A DNA stretch of 64,000 bases from Polyangia bacterium (GTDB lineage Bacteria > Myxococcota_A > Polyangia > Fen-1088): NCBI GenBank assembly GCA_036267635.1, contig DATAVR010000017.1:2912-66911 (forward strand). The letters run 5' to 3'. Each line of letters opens with the position of its first letter. Position 1 is the first letter of the stretch. The notes beneath the pieces were generated by a model. That model made no database searches and was not told the DNA's origin. It saw only the letters and a list, made by a program, of their open reading frames with translations. Shown piece after piece: positions 25,566 through 38,625 of this stretch. The position numbers and the translations under genes were made by a program.

Positions 25566-26062
25566 GCGACATCGACGTCGGCGAGCTCCCGCCGCCCCAC
25601 CCCACGGTCTCTGCCGAGGCGCTGGCGGCCATGTACGCGCACGCGCGCCGCGACTACCCCAACGAATGCTGCGGCGTCGTCTTCGGGCCCAAGGGGACGC
25701 CGGCCGCCGACCGCGCCGTCGCCTGCGTCAACACGCAGAACGATCTGCACGCGCAGGATCCGGCGACCCACGCCCGCGACGCGCGCACCGCCTACAACCT
25801 CGGCGCGGGCGATCTGTTCAAGCTCGGCAAGAGCCTGCGTGGCGACACGCCCGCCAAGATCATCTACCACTCGCACGTCGACGTCGGCGCCTACTTCAGC
25901 GACACCGACCAGGCCGCCGCCGTCATGGACGGCGAGCCCTCTTACCCGGTCGAGTACCTGGTCATCGACGTCCGCCAGGACAGCGTTGGCGGCGCCGCAC
26001 AATTCGCCTGGGACGCGGCCGCCCGCCGCTACCTCGAAGTCGGCCGCTACCCGGGCGCCTGA
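25562..26062 (+). CDS. JAB/MPN+ metallopeptidase (Mec, CysO-cysteine peptidase-like)
   Basis: YPNECCG and YHSHVDVGAYFSDTD (HxH-x7-S-x2-D JAMM motif). Confidence 0.88.
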   Translation: MSDIDVGELPPPHPTVSAEALAAMYAHARRDYPNECCGVVFGPKGTPAADRAVACVNTQNDLHAQDPATHARDARTAYNLGAGDLFKLGKSLRGDTPAKIIYHSHVDVGAYFSDTDQAAAVMDGEPSYPVEYLVIDVRQDSVGGAAQFAWDAAARRYLEVGRYPGA

Positions 26063-26139
26063 CCCGCGACGCGGGCCGCGATTGACAGGCCGCAGTCCAG
26101 CGGCCCAGACTGCAGGCCTCCACGTTCCGAGGAGGTTCG

Positions 26140-27393
26140 ATGCGCACCCCCCGCGTCCTCGTCTCGTTGTTGGTTGCCGCGCCATTGCTGAGCCTGGGCC
26201 TCGTCGGCTGCGGCGGCGACGGCTCGAAGTGCTGCGATGTCATGACCGGACAGGGCGGCGACGGCGCGACTGGCGGCAGCTCCGCGACCGGCGGCGGCAG
26301 CGCGACCGGCGGTAACGGCGCGACCGGCGGCGCGGGCACGACCGGCGGCGCGACGGGGGGTGCCGCTGGCGCCAACGCATCGGGCGGCAACGGCGGCGCC
26401 AGCGCCAAGGGAGGCGCGGGCGGCGGCAGCGCGACCGGCGGTGCGGGCGGCGGCAAAGCTGGTACGGGCGGCAGCAACGCGTCCGGCGGCAACGGCGGCG
26501 CCAGCGCCAAGGGAGGCGCGGGCGGCAACAGCGGCGCCGGCGGGAAAGGCGGCGCGACCGCGACCGGCGGCACCGCGGGCGGCGGCAGCGCGGGCAGCTC
26601 GGGCGCCGCCGGCAGCGGTCCGCCCCAGACTGTCACCACCGCGGGCGGGACCTGGAACTTCGTCTGGTCGGACGAGTTCAACGGCAGCGGCGCGCCCGAC
26701 GCGTCGAACTGGGGCTACGAGAAGGGCTTCGTGCGCAATCAGGAGTTGCAGTGGTACCAGCCCGACAACGCGACGGTGGCGAACGGCCTTTTGACCATCG
26801 CCGCGCAGAAAGTCCACATCCTGAACCCCAACTACGTCGCCGGCAGCAGCAACTGGCAGACCAACCGGCAGTACTACGACTACACCTCGACCTCGATGAC
26901 GACGTCGGGGAAGCACTCGTTCCAGTACGGCCGCTTCGAGATGCGCGCCAAGATCGACATCCGCCAGGGGAGCTGGCCGGCGTTCTGGATCCTCGGCGAC
27001 GGCACCTCCTGGCCGGCCTCGGGCGAGGTCGACATCATGGAGTATTACGCCAACAAGGTGCTGGCGAACGTCTGCACGCCCGCCGGGAGCAACTGCACCT
27101 GGGACAGCACCAATCAGTCGCCGGCCTCGCTCGGCACCAACTGGGGCGACGATTTCCACATCTGGGCGATGGAGTGGGACGCCACGACCATCAACCTCTT
27201 CCTCGACGGCAAGCAGGTCAACACTTACGCCGTCTCCGCCGCCGGCAGCGGGTCGAGCAACCCCTACGACAGCAAGAAGTTCTACATCCTGGTCAACCTC
27301 GCCATCGGCGCCAACGGCGGCGACCCCACCAACACGACCTTCCCGATCAGCTACCAGGTCGACTACGTCCGCGTGTACCAGAAGGCGAACTGA
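26140..27393 (+). CDS. GH16 glycoside hydrolase lipoprotein with Gly-rich linker
   Basis: GAGGAGG SD; lipobox LVGC; WSDEFNG, NQELQWY, YGRFE.RAK, WPAFW, GEVDIME catalytic motif, FYILVNLAIG, VDYVRVYQ. Confidence 0.9.
   Translation: MRTPRVLVSLLVAAPLLSLGLVGCGGDGSKCCDVMTGQGGDGATGGSSATGGGSATGGNGATGGAGTTGGATGGAAGANASGGNGGASAKGGAGGGSATGGAGGGKAGTGGSNASGGNGGASAKGGAGGNSGAGGKGGATATGGTAGGGSAGSSGAAGSGPPQTVTTAGGTWNFVWSDEFNGSGAPDASNWGYEKGFVRNQELQWYQPDNATVANGLLTIAAQKVHILNPNYVAGSSNWQTNRQYYDYTSTSMTTSGKHSFQYGRFEMRAKIDIRQGSWPAFWILGDGTSWPASGEVDIMEYYANKVLANVCTPAGSNCTWDSTNQSPASLGTNWGDDFHIWAMEWDATTINLFLDGKQVNTYAVSAAGSGSSNPYDSKKFYILVNLAIGANGGDPTNTTFPISYQVDYVRVYQKAN
26374..26526 (+). repeat. 51-nt direct repeat (two copies, 102-nt period) in the GH16 linker
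   Basis: 26374-26424 and 26476-26526 both encode NASGGNGGASAKGGAGG with 2 silent differences. Confidence 0.7.
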
Positions 27394-27408
27394 TCCGAGG
27401 AGGTCCCC

Positions 27409-28428
27409 ATGCGCTTCTCCAACCTGCTCGTTTCGCTGGCGGTGGTCGGATTCGTTTCCGCGCTCGCCGGTGGTTGCGGCAACAGCACCCTCGGCACGTC
27501 GACCGGCAGCGGCGGCAGCTCGGCGACCGGCAGTGGCGGTGCGACGGGAACCGGGGGCGCGACGACCGGCAGCGGCGGGAGCACGGCGACCGGCGGCGCG
27601 ACCGGCACCGGCGGCGCGACCGGCACCGGCGGCAGCGGGGCGATGACCAGCGGGTGCGGCGCCACGTCGCCGGCGCTCGGTCCGTCGAACCCGCAGACGA
27701 TCAACGTGACCGACAGCAAGGGTACGGTCACCGCGCGTCAGTTCTACGTCTCCATCCCGAGCGATTACGATCCGACGAAGTCGTACCGGCTGATCTTCGC
27801 CTGGCACTACGCCGGAGGCACGGCTGCCACGCTGGCGGGCACCGGCTACAGCGGCGGCTACTATGGGGTGCAACCCAAGCTGCCCGAGGCGATCTACGTC
27901 GCGGGACAGGGGCTCGAGAGCACGGCGGGAGACGCCACCACCACCGGCTGGCCCAACACCAACGGCGGCGACATCGCCTTCCTGAAGGCGATGCTGACCT
28001 GGCTCGAGTCGAACCTCTGCGTCGACACGACCCGCATCATGGCCACGGGGATGAGCTACGGCGGCATCATGTCCGACACGCTCGGCTGTCAGATGCCCGA
28101 CGTCTTCCGCGCCGTCGCCGTCATGTCCGGTGCGCTCTACAGTTTCGGTCCCAGCTCGTCGTGCAAGAGCCACGACATCGCGGCCTGGATCACCCACGGC
28201 ACCGCCGACACCACCGTCGACATCTCGGGCGACGAGACCGCGCGCGATCAGTTTTTGGCCGACAACCACTGCGGCACGACGAGCACCGCCGTCGATCCCT
28301 CCCCCTGCCTGTCCTACGACGGTTGCGACAGCGGCTACCCCATCGTCTGGTGCCCCGTCGACGGCGAGGGCCACACCATTCCCACCTTCGCCGCCGGCGC
28401 CATCGCCACCTTCCTCGGGCAGTTCTAA
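27409..28428 (+). CDS. Alpha/beta-hydrolase lipoprotein (PHB depolymerase / CE1 esterase-like)
   Basis: Lipobox AGGC; L.F.WH..GG, GMSYGG nucleophile elbow, HGTAD, GHT.P. Confidence 0.8.
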   Translation: MRFSNLLVSLAVVGFVSALAGGCGNSTLGTSTGSGGSSATGSGGATGTGGATTGSGGSTATGGATGTGGATGTGGSGAMTSGCGATSPALGPSNPQTINVTDSKGTVTARQFYVSIPSDYDPTKSYRLIFAWHYAGGTAATLAGTGYSGGYYGVQPKLPEAIYVAGQGLESTAGDATTTGWPNTNGGDIAFLKAMLTWLESNLCVDTTRIMATGMSYGGIMSDTLGCQMPDVFRAVAVMSGALYSFGPSSSCKSHDIAAWITHGTADTTVDISGDETARDQFLADNHCGTTSTAVDPSPCLSYDGCDSGYPIVWCPVDGEGHTIPTFAAGAIATFLGQF

Positions 28429-28431
28429 GGG

Positions 28432-28478
28432 GGCTCGCGCGTCAGCGGTGCGCCCGCAGGTCGGCGACGCGCGAGGCC
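28432..28478 (+). terminator. GC-rich hairpin after the esterase gene
   Basis: CTCGCGCGTC (28434-28443) pairs with GACGCGCGAG (28466-28475); no U-tract. Confidence 0.3.
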
Positions 28479-28604
28479 TGACGGCGGTCGAGATCGTAGA
28501 GGGCCGTCGGGCGGAACGTAGGGGCCGGTCAGGCAGCGAAACATCGTTGAAAAGCTATACGGCGCCGCTGCGACCGTCCATCGAGTCGAGGTAGAGTAAC
28601 CCCC

Positions 28605-29621
28605 GTGACCGCCCCCCTCTTCCTGCGCGCCTGCCGTGGCGAGACGACCGAACGGACGCCGCTGTGGCTGATGCGGCAAGCGGGCCGCTATCTCCCCGAG
28701 TACCGGCAGGTGCGCGCGGGGGTCAGCTTTCTCGAGCTCTGCAAGACGCCCAAGCTGGCGGCGGAGGTGACGCTGCAGCCGATCCGGCGGTTCGGGTTCG
28801 ACGCCGCGATCCTGTTTTCCGATCTGCTGGTGCCGCTCGAGGCGATGGGGCTGGCGGTCGAATTCACCGACGAGGGGCCGCGGCTGCCGCAGCCGGTGCG
28901 GACCGCGGCCGATCTGGCGCGGGTGGCGCCCTTCGATCCGGCGGCGCGCACGCCGTTCGTGATGGAGACGATCGCGTCGGTCACGTCCGCGCTCGGTCCG
29001 GAGACGCCGGTCATCGGGTTCGCGGGCGCGCCGTTCACCGTCGCCACCTACGCCGTCGAAGGGAAGACCTCGAAGACCTTCGGCGAGACCAAGCGCCTTT
29101 TTTACGAGCGCCCGGCCGACGCGCACCGGCTGCTCGGCCTCATCGGCGAGGCGACGCGCGACTACCTGCTGGCCCAGATTCGCGCCGGCGCGGCGGCGGT
29201 GCAGCTGTTCGATTCGTGGGTCGGCGTGCTGTCGGCCGAGGACTTCGAGACCTTCGCGCTGCCGCCGACGACGGCGCTGGTGGCGGCGCTGCGGGCGACC
29301 GGCGTGCCGGTCATCTACTTCGCCAACGGCGCGGCGGCGATCCTCGATCGCGTGGCGCGCGTCGGGGCCGACGTCTACGGCGTCGACTGGCGGCTGCCGC
29401 TCGACGAGGCGCGCGTGCGGCTCGGCGATGCGCGCGCCGTGCAGGGGAACCTCGATCCGGCCGTCCTTCTGGGCCCGCCCGCCGAGATCGAGCGGCGCGC
29501 GCGCGACATCGTCCGGCGCGGTGGCAAGCGCGGCCACGTCTTCAACCTCGGCCACGGGATCACCCCCGACGTGCCGCTCGAGTCGGTCACTGCGCTGGTG
29601 GCCGCCGTCCGGGGCGCCTGA
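28605..29621 (+). CDS. hemE: Uroporphyrinogen decarboxylase
   Basis: P.WLMRQAGRYLPEY, DAAILFSDLL, IGFAGAPFT.A.Y, QGNLDP, FNLGHGI.P. Confidence 0.97.
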   Translation: MTAPLFLRACRGETTERTPLWLMRQAGRYLPEYRQVRAGVSFLELCKTPKLAAEVTLQPIRRFGFDAAILFSDLLVPLEAMGLAVEFTDEGPRLPQPVRTAADLARVAPFDPAARTPFVMETIASVTSALGPETPVIGFAGAPFTVATYAVEGKTSKTFGETKRLFYERPADAHRLLGLIGEATRDYLLAQIRAGAAAVQLFDSWVGVLSAEDFETFALPPTTALVAALRATGVPVIYFANGAAAILDRVARVGADVYGVDWRLPLDEARVRLGDARAVQGNLDPAVLLGPPAEIERRARDIVRRGGKRGHVFNLGHGITPDVPLESVTALVAAVRGA

Positions 29622-30637
29622 TGGCCGCCGCTGCACCGGCGGCGGCGCGCGAGAGAGAGCCGCTCGGCCTCATCGCGCTCAACCTGGGCGGCCCCGGATC
29701 GCTCGACGAGGTGGAACCGTTCCTGCGGCGGCTGTTCGGCGATCCCGACGTCATCCAGCTCGGCTGGGCGCGGCCGCTGCAACCGCTGCTCGCCTGGCTG
29801 ATCGCCCGCCGCCGGGCGGAGTTTTCGCGCGCCGCCTACGCGCAGATCGGCGGCCGCTCGCCGATCCTCGAGGAGACGACGGCCCAGGCGCGCGCGGTGG
29901 CCGAGGTTCTGGCGTCGCGCGGGATCGCCACCGTTCCCGTCGTGGCGATGGCCGCCTGGCACCCGCTGGCCGGCGCTGCGCTGGCGACGCTGGCCGCGGG
30001 CGGCGTTCGGCGCGCGGTGGCGCTGCCGTTCTATCCACAAGAGTCGCGCACCACGACCGGATCGTCGCTCGGCCAGCTCGAGGAGGCCCGCAAGCTCCAC
30101 CCGGAAATGGAGATCGCGCCGGTCACGCGTTACCCCGATGCCGAGGGCTATTTGCAGGCGGTCGTCGAGCGCATCGAGGAGGCCGCGCGCACGCTGCCGG
30201 CGGAGCACGCGGGCACCGCCCCGGTTCTGTTTTCAGCGCACGGGTTGCCGGAGTCGTACATCCGGCGCGGCGATCCATACCTCGACGACGTCCGGATCAC
30301 CGTCGAAGCGATCACCCGCCGCATGGGTCTCGGAGATCGCGCGCGGCTCTGCTTCCAGAGCCGCGTCGGCCCGCAGCGCTGGCTCAGCCCCACCACCGAG
30401 ACCGGGCTCGACGAGCTGGCCGCCGCCGGCCGGCCCGCCGTCATCGTCGTCCCCATCGCCTTCACCGGCGAGCACATCGAGACGCTGCAAGAGATCGACA
30501 TCCTCTACCGCGAGCGCGCCGAGAAGGCCGGCATCATCTACTTCGCCCGCGCCCGCACCGTCGGCACCCACCCGGCCTTCATCGCAACGCTGGCGGACCT
30601 GACCGAGGCCGCCGCCCGCGCGCGCGGCTGGACCTAG
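29621..30637 (+). CDS. hemH: Ferrochelatase
   Basis: LNLGGP, Y.QIGG.SP, PFYPQ.S..TTGSS, LFSAHGLP, GDPY, FQSRVGP..WL.P, F..EHIETL.EID. Confidence 0.93.
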   Translation: MAAAAPAAAREREPLGLIALNLGGPGSLDEVEPFLRRLFGDPDVIQLGWARPLQPLLAWLIARRRAEFSRAAYAQIGGRSPILEETTAQARAVAEVLASRGIATVPVVAMAAWHPLAGAALATLAAGGVRRAVALPFYPQESRTTTGSSLGQLEEARKLHPEMEIAPVTRYPDAEGYLQAVVERIEEAARTLPAEHAGTAPVLFSAHGLPESYIRRGDPYLDDVRITVEAITRRMGLGDRARLCFQSRVGPQRWLSPTTETGLDELAAAGRPAVIVVPIAFTGEHIETLQEIDILYRERAEKAGIIYFARARTVGTHPAFIATLADLTEAAARARGWT

Positions 30638-30646
30638 GGTCAGCGC

Positions 30647-31990
30647 GTGCGCATCGCGATCATCGGCGGCGGCATCTCGGGGCTGACGGCCGCTCACCTG
30701 CTCGCGGGCGGCGGTCATGACGTGGTGCTGATCGACGAGGCGCCCGAGCCGGGCGGCCTCGTCTCCAGCCCGCGCGTAGAGGGGTTTCTCTGCGAGCGCG
30801 GCCCGCAGGCGGTGCTCGACGGCTCGGACGAGACGCGGGCGCTCATCGCCAGCGCCGGCCTCGAGCCGCGGATCGTGCGCGCCCTCCCCGCTTCCCGCCG
30901 CCGGTCGGTCTACCTGGCGGGTCGATTGCGGCCGTTCCCGGCCGGCCCGCCGGCGCTGCTCAAGACCGACCTCTTCAGCGCGGGCGGCAAGCTGCGGCTC
31001 CTCGGCGAGCCGTTCGTCCGCCGCCGCGCCGAGGGCGCGGAAGACGACGAATCGGTGTTCGACTTCGTGGCGCGCCGGTTCGGACGGCAAGCCGCCGAGC
31101 GCGCGGCGGGGCCGGCCCTCATCGGCATCTACGCGGGCGACGCCACCGCGCTGTCGCTGCGCGCAGCTTTTCCGCGGCTGGCCGCGCTCGAGCGCGAGCA
31201 CGGCAGCGTCCTCCGCGGCCTGTTTCGCACCCGCGGCAGGAGCCGGCTCGGCCGGCCGGTCTCGTTCCCCGACGGCCTCTCGGAGCTGCCGCGCGCGCTG
31301 GCGGCGACGCTCGGGTCACGACGGCGCGTCGCGACGGCCGGGGCCATCGAACCGGCCGCCGGGGGCGGCTGGACCGTCGCGCTCGAGGGCGGCGGCGCAC
31401 CGATCGAGGCCGAGCGCCTCGTTCTCGCGACGCCCGCCGCCGCCAGCGCCGCGCTGCTGGCGCCGCACGCCCCGGCGGCGGCTGAGGCGCTCGGCGCCAT
31501 CCCGCACGCGCCGGTGGCGGTGGTCTGTCTCGGATTCCGTGCCGCCGACGCCGCCACGCTGGGGATGAATCTCGACAGCTACGGCTTCGTCGTCGCGCGC
31601 GGCGAGGGCCTCCGGCTCCTCGGCTGCCAGTTCGAGTCGTCGGTGTTCCCCGGACGGGCGCCCGACGGTGGCGTGCTGCTGCGCGCCCTCCTCGGGGGAA
31701 CCTTCGATCCGGCGCTCGTCGAGGCGGACGACCAGGTCGTGGCCGGCCAGGCGATCGGCGATCTCCGCCGTGCCGTGGGGCTCCGCCGGGAGCCCGATCT
31801 CGTTCGCGTCTGGCGGGCCCGCCCCGGGATCCCCCAGTACGACCGCGGCCACCTCGCCCGCATCCGCGCGGTCGACGACGCCGTCGCGCGCCTGCCGGGC
31901 CTGACCGTGATCGGTCAAGCCCTCCGCGGCGTCGGAATGAGCGCCTGCATCCAGACGGCCGCCGCGCTTTCCCGCGACTTCGCAACTTGA
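30647..31990 (+). CDS. hemG: Protoporphyrinogen/coproporphyrinogen oxidase (HemY-type flavoprotein)
   Basis: IIGGGISGL.AA, E.GP, GIYAGD...LS, G.G.V, SS.FP.RAP.G, IPQY..GH, G.G...C. Confidence 0.92.
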   Translation: MRIAIIGGGISGLTAAHLLAGGGHDVVLIDEAPEPGGLVSSPRVEGFLCERGPQAVLDGSDETRALIASAGLEPRIVRALPASRRRSVYLAGRLRPFPAGPPALLKTDLFSAGGKLRLLGEPFVRRRAEGAEDDESVFDFVARRFGRQAAERAAGPALIGIYAGDATALSLRAAFPRLAALEREHGSVLRGLFRTRGRSRLGRPVSFPDGLSELPRALAATLGSRRRVATAGAIEPAAGGGWTVALEGGGAPIEAERLVLATPAAASAALLAPHAPAAAEALGAIPHAPVAVVCLGFRAADAATLGMNLDSYGFVVARGEGLRLLGCQFESSVFPGRAPDGGVLLRALLGGTFDPALVEADDQVVAGQAIGDLRRAVGLRREPDLVRVWRARPGIPQYDRGHLARIRAVDDAVARLPGLTVIGQALRGVGMSACIQTAAALSRDFAT

Positions 31991-32036
31991 TTCTGAGCCC
32001 GCTCGGCCGGATTCTTCCGGGCAGAGGGAGGAGATC

Positions 32037-32816
32037 ATGCGCGCCCTGAGAAATCTGTTCGCTCTCGTCGTGATCGTCGTCGTCCTGGGCGGAGGCGCTT
32101 TGGTGGCGTTTCGTGTCGCGCGCCAAAAACCCTCCAACCCCGAGGAGATCAAAGAGAATCTCGTGGCGGTCAGCGCCGCGGGCACCTATCTCTACGCCGC
32201 GCGCGTCGGGACGCACGTCGTGCTCTTCGACACCGGCGCCGACCCGGCCGGCAACCCGGTCGACATGGCGTTGGCCGGCCTTCATGCCGGCCGTGGCGAC
32301 GTCTCTGACGTCTTCCTGACCCACGCGCACGGCGACCACATGGCGGCCGCGAGCGCTCTCACCGGCGCCCGGGTCCATCTCGGCCAGGGCGACGTGCCGT
32401 ACGCCGAAGGGAAAGCCCCCTGGGACAACCTGTTCTTGCGGGTGATCGCCAAGGGGATGGGGGCGCCGTCGATCAACGTGAGCGATCCGTTGAACGGCGT
32501 GATGGCCATCGACCTCGGCGGGGGGAAGACGGTCAAGGCGATCCCGGTCCCGGGCCACACCCCCGGCTCCTACGTGTTTCTGTATGACGGCGTGCTGTTC
32601 GTGGGAGACACGGCGGTGTTCAAGCAGGGTCGGCTCGATCGCGGGCCGGGGCTGTTCGACAGCAACAGCGATCAGGTGAAGGCGTCGGTCGCGGCGCTCA
32701 AACAGCAGCTGACCGGCGCCGACATCGACGCCGTCTGCACCGGACACGGCGGCTGCACCCCGGTCGGGCTCGGCCGCACGCTGCTCGACGACTTCATCGG
32801 CCGGGTCGGCAGCTGA
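32037..32816 (+). CDS. Membrane-anchored MBL-fold metallo-hydrolase
   Basis: N-terminal TM; DTG, LTHAHGDH, PGHTPGS, LFVGD, GHG; GGAGGAG SD. Confidence 0.85.
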   Translation: MRALRNLFALVVIVVVLGGGALVAFRVARQKPSNPEEIKENLVAVSAAGTYLYAARVGTHVVLFDTGADPAGNPVDMALAGLHAGRGDVSDVFLTHAHGDHMAAASALTGARVHLGQGDVPYAEGKAPWDNLFLRVIAKGMGAPSINVSDPLNGVMAIDLGGGKTVKAIPVPGHTPGSYVFLYDGVLFVGDTAVFKQGRLDRGPGLFDSNSDQVKASVAALKQQLTGADIDAVCTGHGGCTPVGLGRTLLDDFIGRVGS

Positions 32817-32818
32817 GC

Positions 32819-33712
32819 GTGCTGCAGCTCTTTCCGATCGTCGCCACGCTGATGGCGCTCGGCGGCTCGCCCCAGCGCGCGCCGACGCCCGACGAGCTGC
32901 GCCTCTTCGACGAGGGGACGCACGCCCTCGCCGCCGGCGACGCGCGCGCCGCCGAGAAAGCCTGGCGCGCCGGCTACCAGATCGGACACGACCCGGCGTT
33001 CCTGGTCCACCTCGGGGAGGCCGAGGAGAAAGCGGGGGCGCCGGCCGAAGCGCTCGAGAGCTACCGGCGCTATCTGCGCGAGGCTCCCGACGCCTCCGAC
33101 CGCGCCGACATCGAGCAGCGGCTGGCCCGCCTCGGGCCCGCGGCGCCGCCCCCTGCGGCCGCGGCGCCCGGGACGGCCGCGGAGACGCCCGGCGAGTTCG
33201 GCGGCGCACCCCCGGCCGCCGCGCCAGCGCCCGCCGCCCCGACGACCGCCCCCGCGCCGGCTGCCGGTGCGCGCGTGGACGCCGAGAAGCCGACCGCCCA
33301 GACCGCCGAAGACTCGGGATGGAACCGGACCAACGCGACCGCGGTGATCGCCGCCGGCGTCACCGTGGCGCTGCTCGGGACGGCCGCTTTCTATGGCGCC
33401 GAGGCGAGCTCGAAGGAGAACGACATCAACCGATTGATCACCTTTCGTTCTCCGCCCCCCGCCTACTCCGCGGTCGCGGCGGAGTACACGAGCGCCATGA
33501 GCGACGGGCGCAGCGACGCCCACGCCGCCCGGGTCCTGCTGGTCGTCGCCGCCGGAACAGGGGTCGTGGCGGCGGTCTTCTTCGTCCTCGATGCCTTGAG
33601 CGGCCGCTCCGAGGCGGTCCCCGCGGCGACGCCCGTGCCCGCGGTCTCGGTCTCGCTGGCGCCGGTGGCGACCGGCCTTGGAGCGCTCGGAGCTTGGTCG
33701 TGGCGATTTTGA
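32819..33712 (+). CDS. TPR-like exported protein with C-terminal hydrophobic helices
   Basis: F.EG......G....A...W..GY......FL..LG.A.EK.G...EA...Y.RYL...P...DRA TPR pattern; Pro/Ala linker. Confidence 0.7.
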   Translation: MLQLFPIVATLMALGGSPQRAPTPDELRLFDEGTHALAAGDARAAEKAWRAGYQIGHDPAFLVHLGEAEEKAGAPAEALESYRRYLREAPDASDRADIEQRLARLGPAAPPPAAAAPGTAAETPGEFGGAPPAAAPAPAAPTTAPAPAAGARVDAEKPTAQTAEDSGWNRTNATAVIAAGVTVALLGTAAFYGAEASSKENDINRLITFRSPPPAYSAVAAEYTSAMSDGRSDAHAARVLLVVAAGTGVVAAVFFVLDALSGRSEAVPAATPVPAVSVSLAPVATGLGALGAWSWRF

Positions 33713-33966
33713 GGACGGTTCTTGGATCTGGGAGCCGCCCGCTGCGGCTGCTGGCGCTGCTGCTGGCGGCCGCCGGACTGACGGCCTGTTTCAACCCTGC
33801 CCAGCCCGGCTGCGCTTTCTCCTGCGCCACCGACGGCCGCTGTCCGTCCGGGTACAGCTGCGGGAGCGACCTCATCTGCCACCGCGACGACGGCCAGGGG
33901 AGCTGCGCCATCTCGGCGGACGCCGCGGCCGGCGACGCGGCCCGCGACGCGACCAGCGGGCAGTAG
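33709..33966 (+). CDS. Small Cys-rich lipoprotein
   Basis: LLAAAGLTAC lipobox followed by C.FSC..DG.CP.GY.C....C; TTG start overlapping the upstream stop (start uncertain). Confidence 0.6.
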   Translation: MRTVLGSGSRPLRLLALLLAAAGLTACFNPAQPGCAFSCATDGRCPSGYSCGSDLICHRDDGQGSCAISADAAAGDAARDATSGQ

Positions 33967-34032
33967 CAGCGGGAGAAGCTTTTCGCGTGGAGCCGGCCCC
34001 CCTCCGCGTATAGACTCCCGCGCGGAAACGAC

Positions 34033-34782
34033 ATGGGCTTTTTGGATCTGTTTTCGAAGGAGAAGACGCGCGAGCGGAACGCCGCCCGCGCCATCGCCAA
34101 GTACGCCCAGTCGCCCGACCGGCTGAAGGCGCTGCAGACGCTGCTGGCCGACGGATCGCCCGAGGCGCTCTACGCGGTCATGCGCCGCTTCGGCATGATG
34201 TACGACAAGACGATCGACGACGAGCAGGAGAAGGACTACGTCTTCGAGAGCCTGGTCGAAAAGGGGGGCGTCGTCCTGGTGCCGCTCAAGAAGTACCTGC
34301 TGGCGGCTGATTCGATCACCTGGCCCTTGCGGGTGCTCGACAAGATCGTGGCGACCAAGGACGAGGTCATCGAGGTGCTCGCCGAGGTGATGCAACGCCA
34401 CGAGCCCGGCTACGAGCGCGACCCCACCAAGAAGATGCAGCTCCTGACCCACCTCGGCGGGATCAAGAACCCGAGCGTGCCGGCGCTGGTGATCCCCTAT
34501 CTCGCCGACATGGACGCCGGCGTGCGCTATACAGCTGTCGAGACGTTGCTCGCCCAGGGGGACGAGGCGGCGGCGCGCGATCCGCTGCTCGACCTCTTCG
34601 TCTCCGCAGCGGAGGAGAGCCTTCGGTTGCGCATCCGGATCGCCGATGGGTTCGCCGAGCTCGGGTGGCCGCTCGGGGACAAGCGGGCAGAGGTGGAGAA
34701 GCGCCTCCCCGACGCGTTCGCCATCGAGGCGCGCGGCAAGGAGCCGGCGCGCATCAAGAAGAAGCCCGCCGCGAAGGAATAA
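34033..34782 (+). CDS. HEAT-repeat protein
   Basis: Helical repeats such as [16 protein letters not shown]; 2 nt before carB. Confidence 0.72.
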   Translation: MGFLDLFSKEKTRERNAARAIAKYAQSPDRLKALQTLLADGSPEALYAVMRRFGMMYDKTIDDEQEKDYVFESLVEKGGVVLVPLKKYLLAADSITWPLRVLDKIVATKDEVIEVLAEVMQRHEPGYERDPTKKMQLLTHLGGIKNPSVPALVIPYLADMDAGVRYTAVETLLAQGDEAAARDPLLDLFVSAAEESLRLRIRIADGFAELGWPLGDKRAEVEKRLPDAFAIEARGKEPARIKKKPAAKE

Positions 34783-34784
34783 CG

Positions 34785-38126
<3,342 letters not shown>

Positions 38127-38128
38127 CC

Positions 38129-38611
38129 ATGGCCAAGTTCCCGATGACGCCGCGCGGGCAGCAGGCCCTGCGCGAAGAGCTCAAGCGGCTGCGTGAGGTC
38201 GAGCGCCCCAAGAACGTGCTCGACATCGAGGAGGCGCGCGCCCACGGCGATCTCAAAGAGAACGCCGAATATCACGCCGCCAAGGAGCGCCAGGGATTCA
38301 TCGAGGGCAGGTCGCGCGACATCGAATCTATTCTTGCTCAGGCCGAGGTGATCGATCCGACCAAGCTGTCCGGCAGCAAGGTGGTGTTCGGGGCCACGGT
38401 GAAGCTGACCGACACCGACAGCGGTGACGAGGTGACCTACATGGTCGTCGGCGACCACGAGGCCGACATCAAGGCGGGACGGATCGCCGTCTCCGCGCCG
38501 CTCGCGCGCGCCATGATCGGCCGCGAGAAGGGCGAGTCGGTCACGCTGAAGACCGGCAAGGGGACCCGCGAATACGAGATCTCCGACGTTCGCTTCGTCG
38601 CGGCGAGCTGA
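38129..38611 (+). CDS. greA: Transcription elongation factor GreA
   Basis: [18 protein letters not shown]...[17 protein letters not shown]. Confidence 0.96.
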   Translation: MAKFPMTPRGQQALREELKRLREVERPKNVLDIEEARAHGDLKENAEYHAAKERQGFIEGRSRDIESILAQAEVIDPTKLSGSKVVFGATVKLTDTDSGDEVTYMVVGDHEADIKAGRIAVSAPLARAMIGREKGESVTLKTGKGTREYEISDVRFVAAS

Positions 38612-38625
38612 TCGAAGCGCAGTGC

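Noticed and set aside
26080-26111. TTGACA promoter for the GH16 gene
   Set aside because: The best -10 candidate (CAGACT) is non-canonical and 20 bp away.
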